This document shows positions 39,804 to 47,274 of a DNA stretch of 64,000 nucleotides, piece by piece; the stretch's first letter is position 1; each line of letters opens with the position of its first letter. The DNA is taken from the IMG/VR virus record IMGVR_UViG_3300033121_001345, positions 4,825-68,824 of that record, one strand, 5' to 3'. The DNA comes from a virus (taxonomy: Duplodnaviria > Caudoviricetes). Under the pieces are notes generated by a model, which saw nothing but the letters and a program-made list of their open reading frames with translations, made no database searches and was not told the DNA's origin. The translations under genes were made by a program, and so were the position numbers.

Positions 39804-41060
39804 ATGCGTTACACTACCTCAATGGCTGTAAACTTTATAAATGAAGTTTCAGACGTATCATCTACACTTATTAAAAAGGATATAATAAAAAAGTATTATG
39901 ATTCTTTTAAAGATGAGTTTATATCATTTCTTAATGATATATTATCTCAAAACATAAAGTTCGGTATAGACAAAAAGACTCTCTCTGATGAAAGAGTCTT
40001 TTCTTATTCTGGAAAAGAAAATGAATCGGAATTATCAGAGTTAATATCTTATCTCAAGAATAATAACACATCATCTTCGTTTGCAAAGGAAATAGCAATA
40101 TCATTTCTTGCATCGTACAGGGATGATGAGTCTTACTATGGAACTATAAAAAACATTTTATTAAGAACACCACGAGCAGGAATAGATTCAAAGATAGTTA
40201 ATACTGCTCTGGGGTTTATTGCTGTAAAACAGTATCAAGTACAACTCGCATCTCCATTTAGAGGATTTCAAGGAGTTTCAATAATAGAACCAAAGATTGA
40301 CGGAGTAAGATGTACGATACACATGTTTTCACCAGAGAATGTTGTCTTAACGACAAGAAACGGAAAGCAAATATCTGGATATGACGAGCTTGAATTAGAA
40401 ATCAGAAAGTTGCTTATAGATAATCCATCAAGAATAGGATATGTTCTTGATGGTGAGATTATATCTAATAACTTTGATGAAACAATGGAGGGGTTATTCA
40501 GGAAGTCAAGCAACAAAAAGTGTAAATACTGTGCTTGGGATATAATTCCAATCGAAGAATTCGATGGACTTGAGTGCAAAAGAAAACTCTCATCAAGAAA
40601 AGAAACACTTGAACTTCTCTTCTCCGAAGAGCATACGCAATCACAAGTAATATCAGTAATAAAACATACTTTTGTTGACGAGAGCAATATAACAGAAGAG
40701 CACATAAAGAATGTTAATCTTGGATATGAGGGTTCAATTATAAAGGACATTAACTCTTTTTATGAGTACAAGCGTTCTTTTGCTTGGCAAAAGATGAAGG
40801 ATTTTCATACTGATGATTTCATTGTAACAGAGATTCAAGAAGGAGATGGAAAGTATGTAGGTATGCTTGGTGCTTTGTTTATAGATGTCAATGGAGTGTC
40901 TGTTAAGGTTGGCTCTGGATTTACAGACCAACAAAGAGAAACGATTTGGAATAATCCAAGATACTATATAGGAAAGTACATAGAGGTTGAATACCAAGAA
41001 GTAACAAGGGATAAGTCACTAAGATTCCCTGTCTTTAAAAGATTTAGATTTGATAAATAA
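39804..41060 (+). CDS. lig: ATP-dependent DNA ligase
   Basis: Motif I EPKIDGVR, III VLDGEI, IV EGSIIK, V WQKMK, OB-fold KVGSGFTD...RFPVF. Confidence 0.95.
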   Translation: MRYTTSMAVNFINEVSDVSSTLIKKDIIKKYYDSFKDEFISFLNDILSQNIKFGIDKKTLSDERVFSYSGKENESELSELISYLKNNNTSSSFAKEIAISFLASYRDDESYYGTIKNILLRTPRAGIDSKIVNTALGFIAVKQYQVQLASPFRGFQGVSIIEPKIDGVRCTIHMFSPENVVLTTRNGKQISGYDELELEIRKLLIDNPSRIGYVLDGEIISNNFDETMEGLFRKSSNKKCKYCAWDIIPIEEFDGLECKRKLSSRKETLELLFSEEHTQSQVISVIKHTFVDESNITEEHIKNVNLGYEGSIIKDINSFYEYKRSFAWQKMKDFHTDDFIVTEIQEGDGKYVGMLGALFIDVNGVSVKVGSGFTDQQRETIWNNPRYYIGKYIEVEYQEVTRDKSLRFPVFKRFRFDK

Positions 41061-41065
41061 AGTAT

Positions 41066-41284
41066 ATGGCAAGACTAAGAACTTTAATAGATTTTAAGGA
41101 AGGAGATGAATTAATCTATGATGATGGAAATAGAACAGCCAATATAAAGGTTGTTACAATACTTATTCCTCAAAAAGGAAAGGAGATATCTTGTATATTT
41201 AAAAACATATCTACTGGAAAGGAGTACAAGGTTTTTGGATATGAGATTTCTTCAGTATACAAGAAAAAACTAAATCAGTTATAA
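41066..41284 (+). CDS. Hypothetical protein (72 aa)
   Basis: ORF track. Confidence 0.55.
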   Translation: MARLRTLIDFKEGDELIYDDGNRTANIKVVTILIPQKGKEISCIFKNISTGKEYKVFGYEISSVYKKKLNQL

Positions 41285-41285
41285 C

Positions 41286-41627
41286 ATGGAAAAGATTATC
41301 TTGCAAAAAACTTACTATGCACAAAGATGCATAGTAAGACACAACAACCTTGAACTCGTACCTATAGTTTCAGTGTACGAAAACGAACAAATAAAATTAT
41401 CTTTGGTTGACGCAGAAACAGGAGAGGTTGCTATTGTGGCATCAATGCAAACAAAAGATAAACTTGACAAGGATGAAGTAATAATAAAAACATTTGGAGA
41501 GTTGCAAGATGGTATTCTTGAAAGTCTTATAATATATGGTGTGGTATCAAACCCAGAAAGATACCTTATTGTTGGACTTAAAAAACACAGAGTTCCAATT
41601 TGCAAACTTATAAAAACAAAGATATGA
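41286..41627 (+). CDS. DUF4313-like hypothetical protein
   Basis: YENEQIKLSLVDAETGEV...DEVIIK...GILESL...VPICKL pattern. Confidence 0.4.
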   Translation: MEKIILQKTYYAQRCIVRHNNLELVPIVSVYENEQIKLSLVDAETGEVAIVASMQTKDKLDKDEVIIKTFGELQDGILESLIIYGVVSNPERYLIVGLKKHRVPICKLIKTKI

Positions 41628-41950
41628 AAATGAATTACTCATATAATGAAATGGAAAGAGCATTTGAGTGTGGTAGAAACTTTCAATTAACAGGAGAGAA
41701 CAACTTCAAAGAGTTAATCGAAGAACTGAATAAAGACCATGAAGGCAGAGTTCAAAAGACATACGTTCTTATTCCTAAAGACAATTCTGAAATCACGCAT
41801 TCGCTAACAATGGGTAAAAAATATTACCCCTTTGATATAACTTCTTCTTCTTTTAGAATAATTTCCGACAACAAAGTTGAGTTGTACTGCTTGTTTAAAA
41901 GCTGTGCTCATATTGGAGGAAAAGATTGGGTTGTAGGAACAGATATTTAA
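41600..41950 (+). CDS. Hypothetical protein (true start probably 41624 or 41630)
   Basis: ORF track. Confidence 0.55.
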   Translation: MQTYKNKDMKMNYSYNEMERAFECGRNFQLTGENNFKELIEELNKDHEGRVQKTYVLIPKDNSEITHSLTMGKKYYPFDITSSSFRIISDNKVELYCLFKSCAHIGGKDWVVGTDI

Positions 41951-41973
41951 TTTTTAATCTTAAATTTAATACT

Positions 41974-42138
41974 ATGTATATCTTTATTTTTGAAGGCGAC
42001 GAGCCAAAAATCAGTGACAAAGTAACTCAAGAAGATATGAATTCATCTGATGATGGTGTTCTTGAAATCATAAGAACATCTGATAATAAACGTTACTTTG
42101 AAGGAGAATGGATAGATATGAAAACTTGGGATAACTAA
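41974..42138 (+). CDS. Small acidic hypothetical protein (54 aa)
   Basis: In-frame ATG within track ORF 41926-42138 with good context. Confidence 0.5.
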   Translation: MYIFIFEGDEPKISDKVTQEDMNSSDDGVLEIIRTSDNKRYFEGEWIDMKTWDN

Positions 42139-42148
42139 TAAAAATAAT

Positions 42149-42544
42149 ATGATAACAAAATATGTATTCAGGAGAAATATTCCAGAGAATTACTGGAAGG
42201 CATTTCTTATATGTGAATGTGAGAATCCATCTGTATCAAAAAAGATAAAAAACTTTGGAGATATATGCGATACATGCAAAAGAGCAATTTTATCTGATAA
42301 GGATTCAATTCAAGAGTATTCGACAACAGATTCTGTACTTGGAAACATTAAAAAGATTAATAAAAAAGTTGCAGAGTTATCCACGTCACTGGAAGATTCA
42401 TCATTAAAAGATGAAACAAATGAAACAAGTAACAGTGAATGGAAACCAGAAGAATGCTCTTGTCTTCATCCGATGCTATCAGAAGATATGTTTTCTGGTA
42501 AATATATTTGCCTTAAGTGTAATTTACATAAATCGTCTAATTAA
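42149..42544 (+). CDS. Cys-rich hypothetical protein (131 aa)
   Basis: CECE, CDTC, CSC, CLKC motifs. Confidence 0.55.
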   Translation: MITKYVFRRNIPENYWKAFLICECENPSVSKKIKNFGDICDTCKRAILSDKDSIQEYSTTDSVLGNIKKINKKVAELSTSLEDSSLKDETNETSNSEWKPEECSCLHPMLSEDMFSGKYICLKCNLHKSSN

Positions 42545-42554
42545 AAACTGAATA

Positions 42555-42971
42555 ATGAAACAGAAAATAGAGTCCGCCATTAGAGAAACACTTGTTATAA
42601 CAAATAAACAAAGTATTTCAAGGGCAGTAGAAAAAATACTAATTACAACAGAACAGGAGCAAGAAATCACCGATGTTTCTGTTTGTAAATGTAAAGATAA
42701 AATAGGAGAAACGAAACTTTTGTGTTGCAATGCAGTATTAGTGGATAAATGGATTTCAGTAAACGACAGATTGCCTGAAAATGAAAATCCATTCTCTAAT
42801 GATGTCGTTCTTTTTTGGAGCAAGAAACATGGCTTTTGGATGATAGGATGTTATGATTATGAATTTTCAGACTGGACAAGACTTCCGTGGGAGAAAGGAT
42901 ATAAGTCATTGTCATTTGATGATGTTACACATTGGATGCCTTTGCCGGAACGTCCGACAGATTGCGACTAA
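42555..42971 (+). CDS. DUF551-domain protein
   Basis: WISVNDRLPE...VTHWMPLPERP; its stop TAA is part of the first attC-like inverse core. Confidence 0.85.
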   Translation: MKQKIESAIRETLVITNKQSISRAVEKILITTEQEQEITDVSVCKCKDKIGETKLLCCNAVLVDKWISVNDRLPENENPFSNDVVLFWSKKHGFWMIGCYDYEFSDWTRLPWEKGYKSLSFDDVTHWMPLPERPTDCD

Positions 42972-43096
42972 CAGTATTCCGCTATGAGTAGTGGCGGATT
43001 TAGAACTACTCACTTTAAATTTAGCACAAATGTTAATAGAAAGCACAAATGTTAAATTACCACTTCAACCGCCTTTACTTATAGCGGATATTAGCG
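42966..43096 (+). repeat. attC-like site 1 (131 bp; core variant A|TTAGCG)
   Basis: GACTAAC + 5 nt + TCCGCTATGAGTA..GGCGG / CCGCC..TACTTATAGCGGA + T + ATTAGCG. Confidence 0.75.
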
Positions 43097-43434
43097 GTAG
43101 TACTTCTTGGGACGAATGGTTATCTGAAACGGAAACCAAACTCAAAGAATTAGGATACAGAAGATACGTTCAAAATCATAAAAACGAAGATTTCTGTTAT
43201 TGGAAAACTTTTAAGAATGGTGAAGATAAAACCTATCAGATAGGTATATTATTTTATGATTTTAGAAAGTATGCAGACAGTGACCCAGACGCAAATAGAA
43301 TAGGAATAATGTATGAATGTAGGATTTTAGATGAGGGTAGAATTGATATGTCTGTTAGTAAAAACATTGATTTGGTAGAGTTTGAAAATATGGCACAAAC
43401 TTTTTACGTAGCAATGTCGCAGTATTGCCACTAA
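43030..43434 (+). CDS. Cassette A hypothetical protein; start codon lies inside site 1
   Basis: Track ORF 42991-43434; in-frame ATG at 43030; no Met for about 75 codons after the crossover. Confidence 0.7.
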   Translation: MLIESTNVKLPLQPPLLIADISGSTSWDEWLSETETKLKELGYRRYVQNHKNEDFCYWKTFKNGEDKTYQIGILFYDFRKYADSDPDANRIGIMYECRILDEGRIDMSVSKNIDLVEFENMAQTFYVAMSQYCH

Positions 43435-43514
43435 CGGTTTGCGTATAAGAGATGTGGCACTTATATGAAGGTTAAAATCAAGGCACAAAGCCCAATGTGC
43501 CATATCTTTTATAC
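43429..43514 (+). repeat. attC-like site 2 (collapsed right end)
   Basis: CACTAAC + GGTTT + GCGTATAAGAGATGTGGCAC / GTGCCATATCTTTTATACGC; no separate G|TT core. Confidence 0.7.
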
Positions 43515-43583
43515 GCTGGCACGGATAGTTTAAGATAAAGTTCAATCGGCGCAGAAAAGAAAACAATAAATAATTTTTTAGCG

Positions 43584-44072
43584 ATGGCAAAATATATAGC
43601 ATTAACACAGGGGAAACAAGCATTAATTGATGATGATGTTTTTGAGAAATACGGAACAGTTCCTTTTCACGCCTCAAAGGTGAAGGATAAGTTTTATGCA
43701 AGAACATCAAGAACGCTTTTGCCTCATTCAATTAGAACCTACTTGCACCATTTGGTTATTGGTTTGCCATCAAATAAACAATGGATGATTTGCTTTAAAG
43801 ATGGAAATACCTTGAACTGCCAAAAAGAAAATTTGCAATACATACGAAAATCAGATAACACACAGAAGCATTCAAAATTGCAAACCGAAAGAAAGAAAAG
43901 TTCAAAGTATTTAGGAGTAACATTTAGACCAGCACACTTTAAAGCACGAATAAAATTTGATGGCAAAACAATAAACATTGGAGAATACAAAACAGAAGGA
44001 GAAGCTGCAAAAGCATACAACGATTACGCTAAAAAACTATTTGGAGAAAAAGCAAAACTTAATTCTTTATGA
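43584..44072 (+). CDS. Cassette B: HNH-AP2 family protein with degenerate HNH
   Basis: LTQGKQALIDDD, LHHLVIG, CFKDGNTLNCQKENL (His of the usual DH missing), SSKYLGV...AAKAYNDYAKKLFGEKAKLN. Confidence 0.85.
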   Translation: MAKYIALTQGKQALIDDDVFEKYGTVPFHASKVKDKFYARTSRTLLPHSIRTYLHHLVIGLPSNKQWMICFKDGNTLNCQKENLQYIRKSDNTQKHSKLQTERKKSSKYLGVTFRPAHFKARIKFDGKTINIGEYKTEGEAAKAYNDYAKKLFGEKAKLNSL

Positions 44073-44138
44073 GGGCAGAAAAAATTATTTATTGTTTTCT
44101 AACGAAAAGTTAAATCGGAGAACGAATGCAGTGCTTGC

Positions 44139-44236
44139 GTATAACGTTTTGCAGCTAACAGAAGTGTATGCTTGTAAGAACTTCTGAATTAAAAACAAAT
44201 GCTTGTAGCAGCCATTTTTGTTAGGTGCTGTTATAG
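44139..44236 (+). repeat. attC-like site 3 (98 bp)
   Basis: GTATAAC + GTTTT + GCAGCTAACAGAA / TTTTGTTAGGTGC + T + G|TTATAG. Confidence 0.8.
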
Positions 44237-44255
44237 GTAGTAAAATTTACGGAAT

Positions 44256-44483
44256 ATGAAAATAGAAACTAAAGAAAATCAGATTATTTTGAAAGAAGTG
44301 TATAACTCAATTACACTTGAAACACGAGAAGGAAAGCAATTACATATCTGTATGAGAGATATGGGATTTGAAATGAAGATTGATGATGGTGATTGGCACT
44401 TGCTAACTAACGAATCTGATTTTCTGATTAAACCAAAAGGATTTCAATACAGAGAGCCAGACTTTCCAGTAGCACAAGGGTAG
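44256..44483 (+). CDS. Cassette C hypothetical protein (75 aa, own ATG)
   Basis: ORF track; lies wholly inside cassette 44231-44622. Confidence 0.75.
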   Translation: MKIETKENQIILKEVYNSITLETREGKQLHICMRDMGFEMKIDDGDWHLLTNESDFLIKPKGFQYREPDFPVAQG

Positions 44484-44496
44484 TAAATTTTATTCC

Positions 44497-44628
44497 CTAT
44501 AACGTTTTGCGGCTATGCTTAGTGCCGTATTTAAAAGACTAAGCCAATCTTAAACAACAAAATTAATATGGAAAATACAGGATTATTTAACACAGAAGGT
44601 AAGGCATTGAGCATAGCCGATGTTATGG
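44497..44628 (+). repeat. attC-like site 4 (132 bp)
   Basis: CTATAAC + CGGCTATGCTTAGTGCC / GGCATTGAGCATAGCCG + AT + G|TTATGG. Confidence 0.85.
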
Positions 44629-44777
44629 CTATGTTGCCTACTACAATGATTAACAGAGTTGAAGTGATTGACGAAAACGGGAGAAGCTACGTTAATTGGA
44701 AGCCAACTAACAGAACTGAATTGCAAGTGCAAGACAACGGTAGAACGCTAAAAGTATTTGTGTCGCAAGGCAATTAG
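44568..44777 (+). CDS. Cassette D hypothetical protein (69 aa; first 18 aa encoded by site 4)
   Basis: ORF track; KALSIADV is the translated right arm of site 4. Confidence 0.7.
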   Translation: MENTGLFNTEGKALSIADVMAMLPTTMINRVEVIDENGRSYVNWKPTNRTELQVQDNGRTLKVFVSQGN

Positions 44778-44831
44778 CCATAACGGACGAGTATTTGCGC
44801 TCGTTTTAATGGCGCAAATACTTTGTTGCCA
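44778..44831 (+). repeat. attC-like site 5 (compact, 54 bp)
   Basis: CCATAAC + GGACG + AGTATTTGCGC / GCGCAAATACT + TT + G|TTGCCA. Confidence 0.85.
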
Positions 44832-44888
44832 GTAGTAGCGGTTGATTAGGATAAAACTAAATTAGAAACGAAAATAAAAATAGCAATT

Positions 44889-45212
44889 ATGGCACAGATA
44901 CACGATGATTTTGAAAAGGCAATACTGCAATGCGGATTTAAAAAAGATTATAACAAGCAGTATGATTACCAAATGTATGATGGAACTTGGTTTTATAAAC
45001 TAAATTTTGAGGGATACGCTTATGTGCTTTACAAAGAGATAAATATTTATGTAAAACCACTTATGAGCCTTTTTAAAATCTACAACAAATTTGCAAAAGG
45101 AACGGCACAAATAGGATTGCATTACGCTGTGCCTATTGCACACTTTAGAGAACCGCAAAAGCTAATTGACATAATTACTATTTTAACCGATAAACTTGAT
45201 GAAAAGGACTAA
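44889..45212 (+). CDS. Cassette E hypothetical protein (107 aa, own ATG)
   Basis: ORF track; inside cassette 44826-45349. Confidence 0.75.
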   Translation: MAQIHDDFEKAILQCGFKKDYNKQYDYQMYDGTWFYKLNFEGYAYVLYKEINIYVKPLMSLFKIYNKFAKGTAQIGLHYAVPIAHFREPQKLIDIITILTDKLDEKD

Positions 45213-45224
45213 CGTAGCTATTAC

Positions 45225-45355
45225 TGGTAACGGCTACGGCTTTGCGTTAGTGCCGTAATAGAATTACTAACGCTCAATTTAAAACAAAAGTAAAATGGAA
45301 GAACAAAACTTGATTAAACAACCGAACTCGGCATTGCACAAAACCGCTGTTAGTG
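45225..45355 (+). repeat. attC-like site 6 (131 bp)
   Basis: TGGTAAC + GGCTA + CGGCTTTGCGTTAGTGCCG / CGGCATTGCACAAAACCG + CT + G|TTAGTG; one extrahelical base. Confidence 0.85.
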
Positions 45356-45837
45356 GCAGTGCTTTGAGATACAACGGTGGTAAATTACGTTGGTCGCTTG
45401 TTGACTTTGATGCCTTAGAAGATATGGTTAAAGTCTTGGAATTTGGGGCGAAGAAATACGCTGATAATAACTGGAAGAAAGGTCTTAAAACGCCTGAGAT
45501 TTTTGAAAGTATGATGAGGCACATGACTGCATATATGCGTGGTGAAGATATTGACACTGAAAGTGGGTTACCACACACAGGTCATATATTATGTAATGCG
45601 ATGTTTTTGTCATATATGCAGCGTTTTAAGCCCGACTTTGATACAAGGCACAAAGACAAAAACAAGCGGTTAGGTGCTGTTATAAGCCGTTATTCTGATG
45701 CCGATATATTTAGGTTTTCAGATGGATGGTGGATTACAACGTATAGTAAGGAGCAAAAGAGATTTATAAAGTTAATAGGTAGCTTCAAAACTAAAGATGA
45801 AGCAAGGGCTGAAATTCGTTCACTTAATGGCTTATAA
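45295..45837 (+). CDS. dATP/dGTP diphosphohydrolase (DUF5664-like) fused in frame to cassette G ORF
   Basis: RYNGGKLRWSLV, VLEFGAKKY..NNWKKG, RH..AY..GEDIDTESGLPH..H..CNAMFL; extra 53-aa tail after an internal half site. Confidence 0.85.
   Translation: MEEQNLIKQPNSALHKTAVSGSALRYNGGKLRWSLVDFDALEDMVKVLEFGAKKYADNNWKKGLKTPEIFESMMRHMTAYMRGEDIDTESGLPHTGHILCNAMFLSYMQRFKPDFDTRHKDKNKRLGAVISRYSDADIFRFSDGWWITTYSKEQKRFIKLIGSFKTKDEARAEIRSLNGL
45669..45685 (+). repeat. attC-like half site (right arm and core only)
   Basis: GTTAGGTGCTGTTATA is identical (16 nt) to the right arm of site 3 at 44220-44235. Confidence 0.75.
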
Positions 45838-45962
45838 CGGACGGGGCTTTGCGTTCGGGCGGATTTTGAAAAACTAAAGTTGAATAACAGATGGAGTTAA
45901 ATAGAAATACAAATGTTGAAAGTTTGCACGTCAGCCAGCCTGACGCAAAACCCATGTTATAC
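45832..45962 (+). repeat. attC-like site 7 (131 bp)
   Basis: TTATAAC + GGACG + GGGCTTTGCGT / ACGCAAAACCC + AT + G|TTATAC. Confidence 0.8.
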
Positions 45963-46646
45963 GCTGGGGCGGTTGAAAAGGCACAGATTTCCATTTATAA
46001 CGAAGATTGTTTGCAAGCATTAAAGGCAATGGCAGACAAACAATTTGATTTGGCGATAGTTGACCCGCCTTATGGGATTGGTGCAAGTAGTAAAAATTTT
46101 ATTAGGCAAGGTAAGCAAACTGGCAAAAGTATGGCTGTAAGTGGAATAAAATATACTGCTAAGGATTGGGATAATTGTGTGCCTGATAAAATTTACTTTG
46201 ATGAATTAAGGCGGGTTTCAAAAAATCAAATTGTATGGGGTGGCAATTATTTTGCTTCTTCATTACCAAATAGCAGTTGCTGGCTTATATGGGATAAGGT
46301 AACAGGCGATAATTTGTATGCTGATGCTGAACTTGCTTGGACTTCATTTGAGAAAGCTGTAAGGAAATTTACTTGGATGTGGAAAGGGATGTTTCAGCAA
46401 AATATGGCTAATAAGGAGGATAGAATACACCCAACTCAAAAGCCTGTTGCATTATACAAATGGATACTTGAAAACTATGCAGAAAAAGGAAGCAAAATAC
46501 TTGACACCCATTTAGGAAGTGGAAGCATTGCCATTGCCTGCTGGGATATGGGATACGATTTAACAGCGTATGAGGTTGATAAGGAGTATTACGATAATGC
46601 TTGCAAACGATTAGAAACGCATAAGTCTCAATTAACGCTGTGGTAG
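45891..46646 (+). CDS. Cassette H: DNA amino-methyltransferase (beta class, m6A/m4C)
   Basis: Catalytic IVDPPY precedes SAM-binding ILDTHLGSGS; HPTQKP motif. Confidence 0.92.
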   Translation: MELNRNTNVESLHVSQPDAKPMLYAGAVEKAQISIYNEDCLQALKAMADKQFDLAIVDPPYGIGASSKNFIRQGKQTGKSMAVSGIKYTAKDWDNCVPDKIYFDELRRVSKNQIVWGGNYFASSLPNSSCWLIWDKVTGDNLYADAELAWTSFEKAVRKFTWMWKGMFQQNMANKEDRIHPTQKPVALYKWILENYAEKGSKILDTHLGSGSIAIACWDMGYDLTAYEVDKEYYDNACKRLETHKSQLTLW

Positions 46647-46653
46647 CCCTTGC

Positions 46654-46741
46654 GTATAACAGTCGTATAGATGCAGTCCGTGAGGTCGGAAAACCTAACA
46701 ACTACCTGTGTGCCGAGGATTGCATCTATACTTTGTTATAA
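46654..46741 (+). repeat. attC-like site 8 (88 bp, last in array)
   Basis: GTATAAC + GTATAGATGCAGTCC / GGATTGCATCTATAC + TTT + G|TTATAA. Confidence 0.85.
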
Positions 46742-46899
46742 ATATAACTATATCTATTGTGATTATCGTTTAAAATTCGTTATTTTTGATGATAATTTAA
46801 TCAGCAATATTTTATCATAACAATAATAAAACAAAAAATTACGCTGTATTACATGGCAAATTTTGCGTATTTTTGCAACGTTACAAACAATTACAAAGC

Positions 46900-47274
46900 A
46901 TGTATAAACCACTCGTAATAATAGAGTCACCTTATGCTGGTGACATAGAAAGAAATATAAAATATGCAAGAGCTTGCATAAAAGATTCTTTAAAAAGAGG
47001 CGAGGCGCCTATAGCATCTCATTTGCTTTATACACAAGAAGGAATACTTAATGATAATATTTTCGAGGAAAGGGAACTTGGAATTAAAGCTGGATTAGCA
47101 TGGCTAAGTGTTGCACATAAACAGGTATTCTATATTGATTATGGATTCTCAAATGGAATGAGAAAAGCACTCGATTACTCAAATAAGAACAATCTTAATG
47201 TTATCATAGAGACAAGGACGCTGTATTCAGACAGTCAAAATAATTCATTATTAGAAACAATTAAAGAAGAATAA
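46900..47274 (+). CDS. Nucleoside 2-deoxyribosyltransferase-like phage protein
   Basis: VIIESPYAGDIERNIKYAR, GEAPIASHLLYTQ, ERELGI.AG, YIDYGFSNGM; TATTTTTG -7 box at 46868. Confidence 0.7.
   Translation: MYKPLVIIESPYAGDIERNIKYARACIKDSLKRGEAPIASHLLYTQEGILNDNIFEERELGIKAGLAWLSVAHKQVFYIDYGFSNGMRKALDYSNKNNLNVIIETRTLYSDSQNNSLLETIKEE

Larger units (their letters stand above)
42966..46741 (+). mobile_element. Integron-like gene-cassette array without integrase (CALIN-like) in a phage genome
   Basis: 8 TAAC...GTT hairpin sites plus one half site; start and end of each cassette are complementary (see findings). Confidence 0.85.

Noticed and set aside
41279-41285. TTATAAC at a gene end resembling an inverse core
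   Set aside because: No downstream arm or GTT core; it is followed directly by the next ATG.
42737-42972. DUF551 domain as an additional first cassette starting at A|TTAGTGG (42737)
   Set aside because: Only about 5-6 bases pair with its end (GCGACTAAC) and no upstream hairpin is visible; it may be a decayed cassette but is unsupported.
45295-45837. DUF5664 as a sign of a 2-aminoadenine or 7-deazaguanine DNA modification pathway
   Set aside because: No PurZ, DatZ, DpdA or Que/FolE genes are recognisable in the window.
42966-46741. CRISPR array or DGR/retron interpretation of the recurrent hairpins
   Set aside because: Repeats are not identical, the intervening segments are whole genes, and no cas operon or reverse transcriptase is seen.
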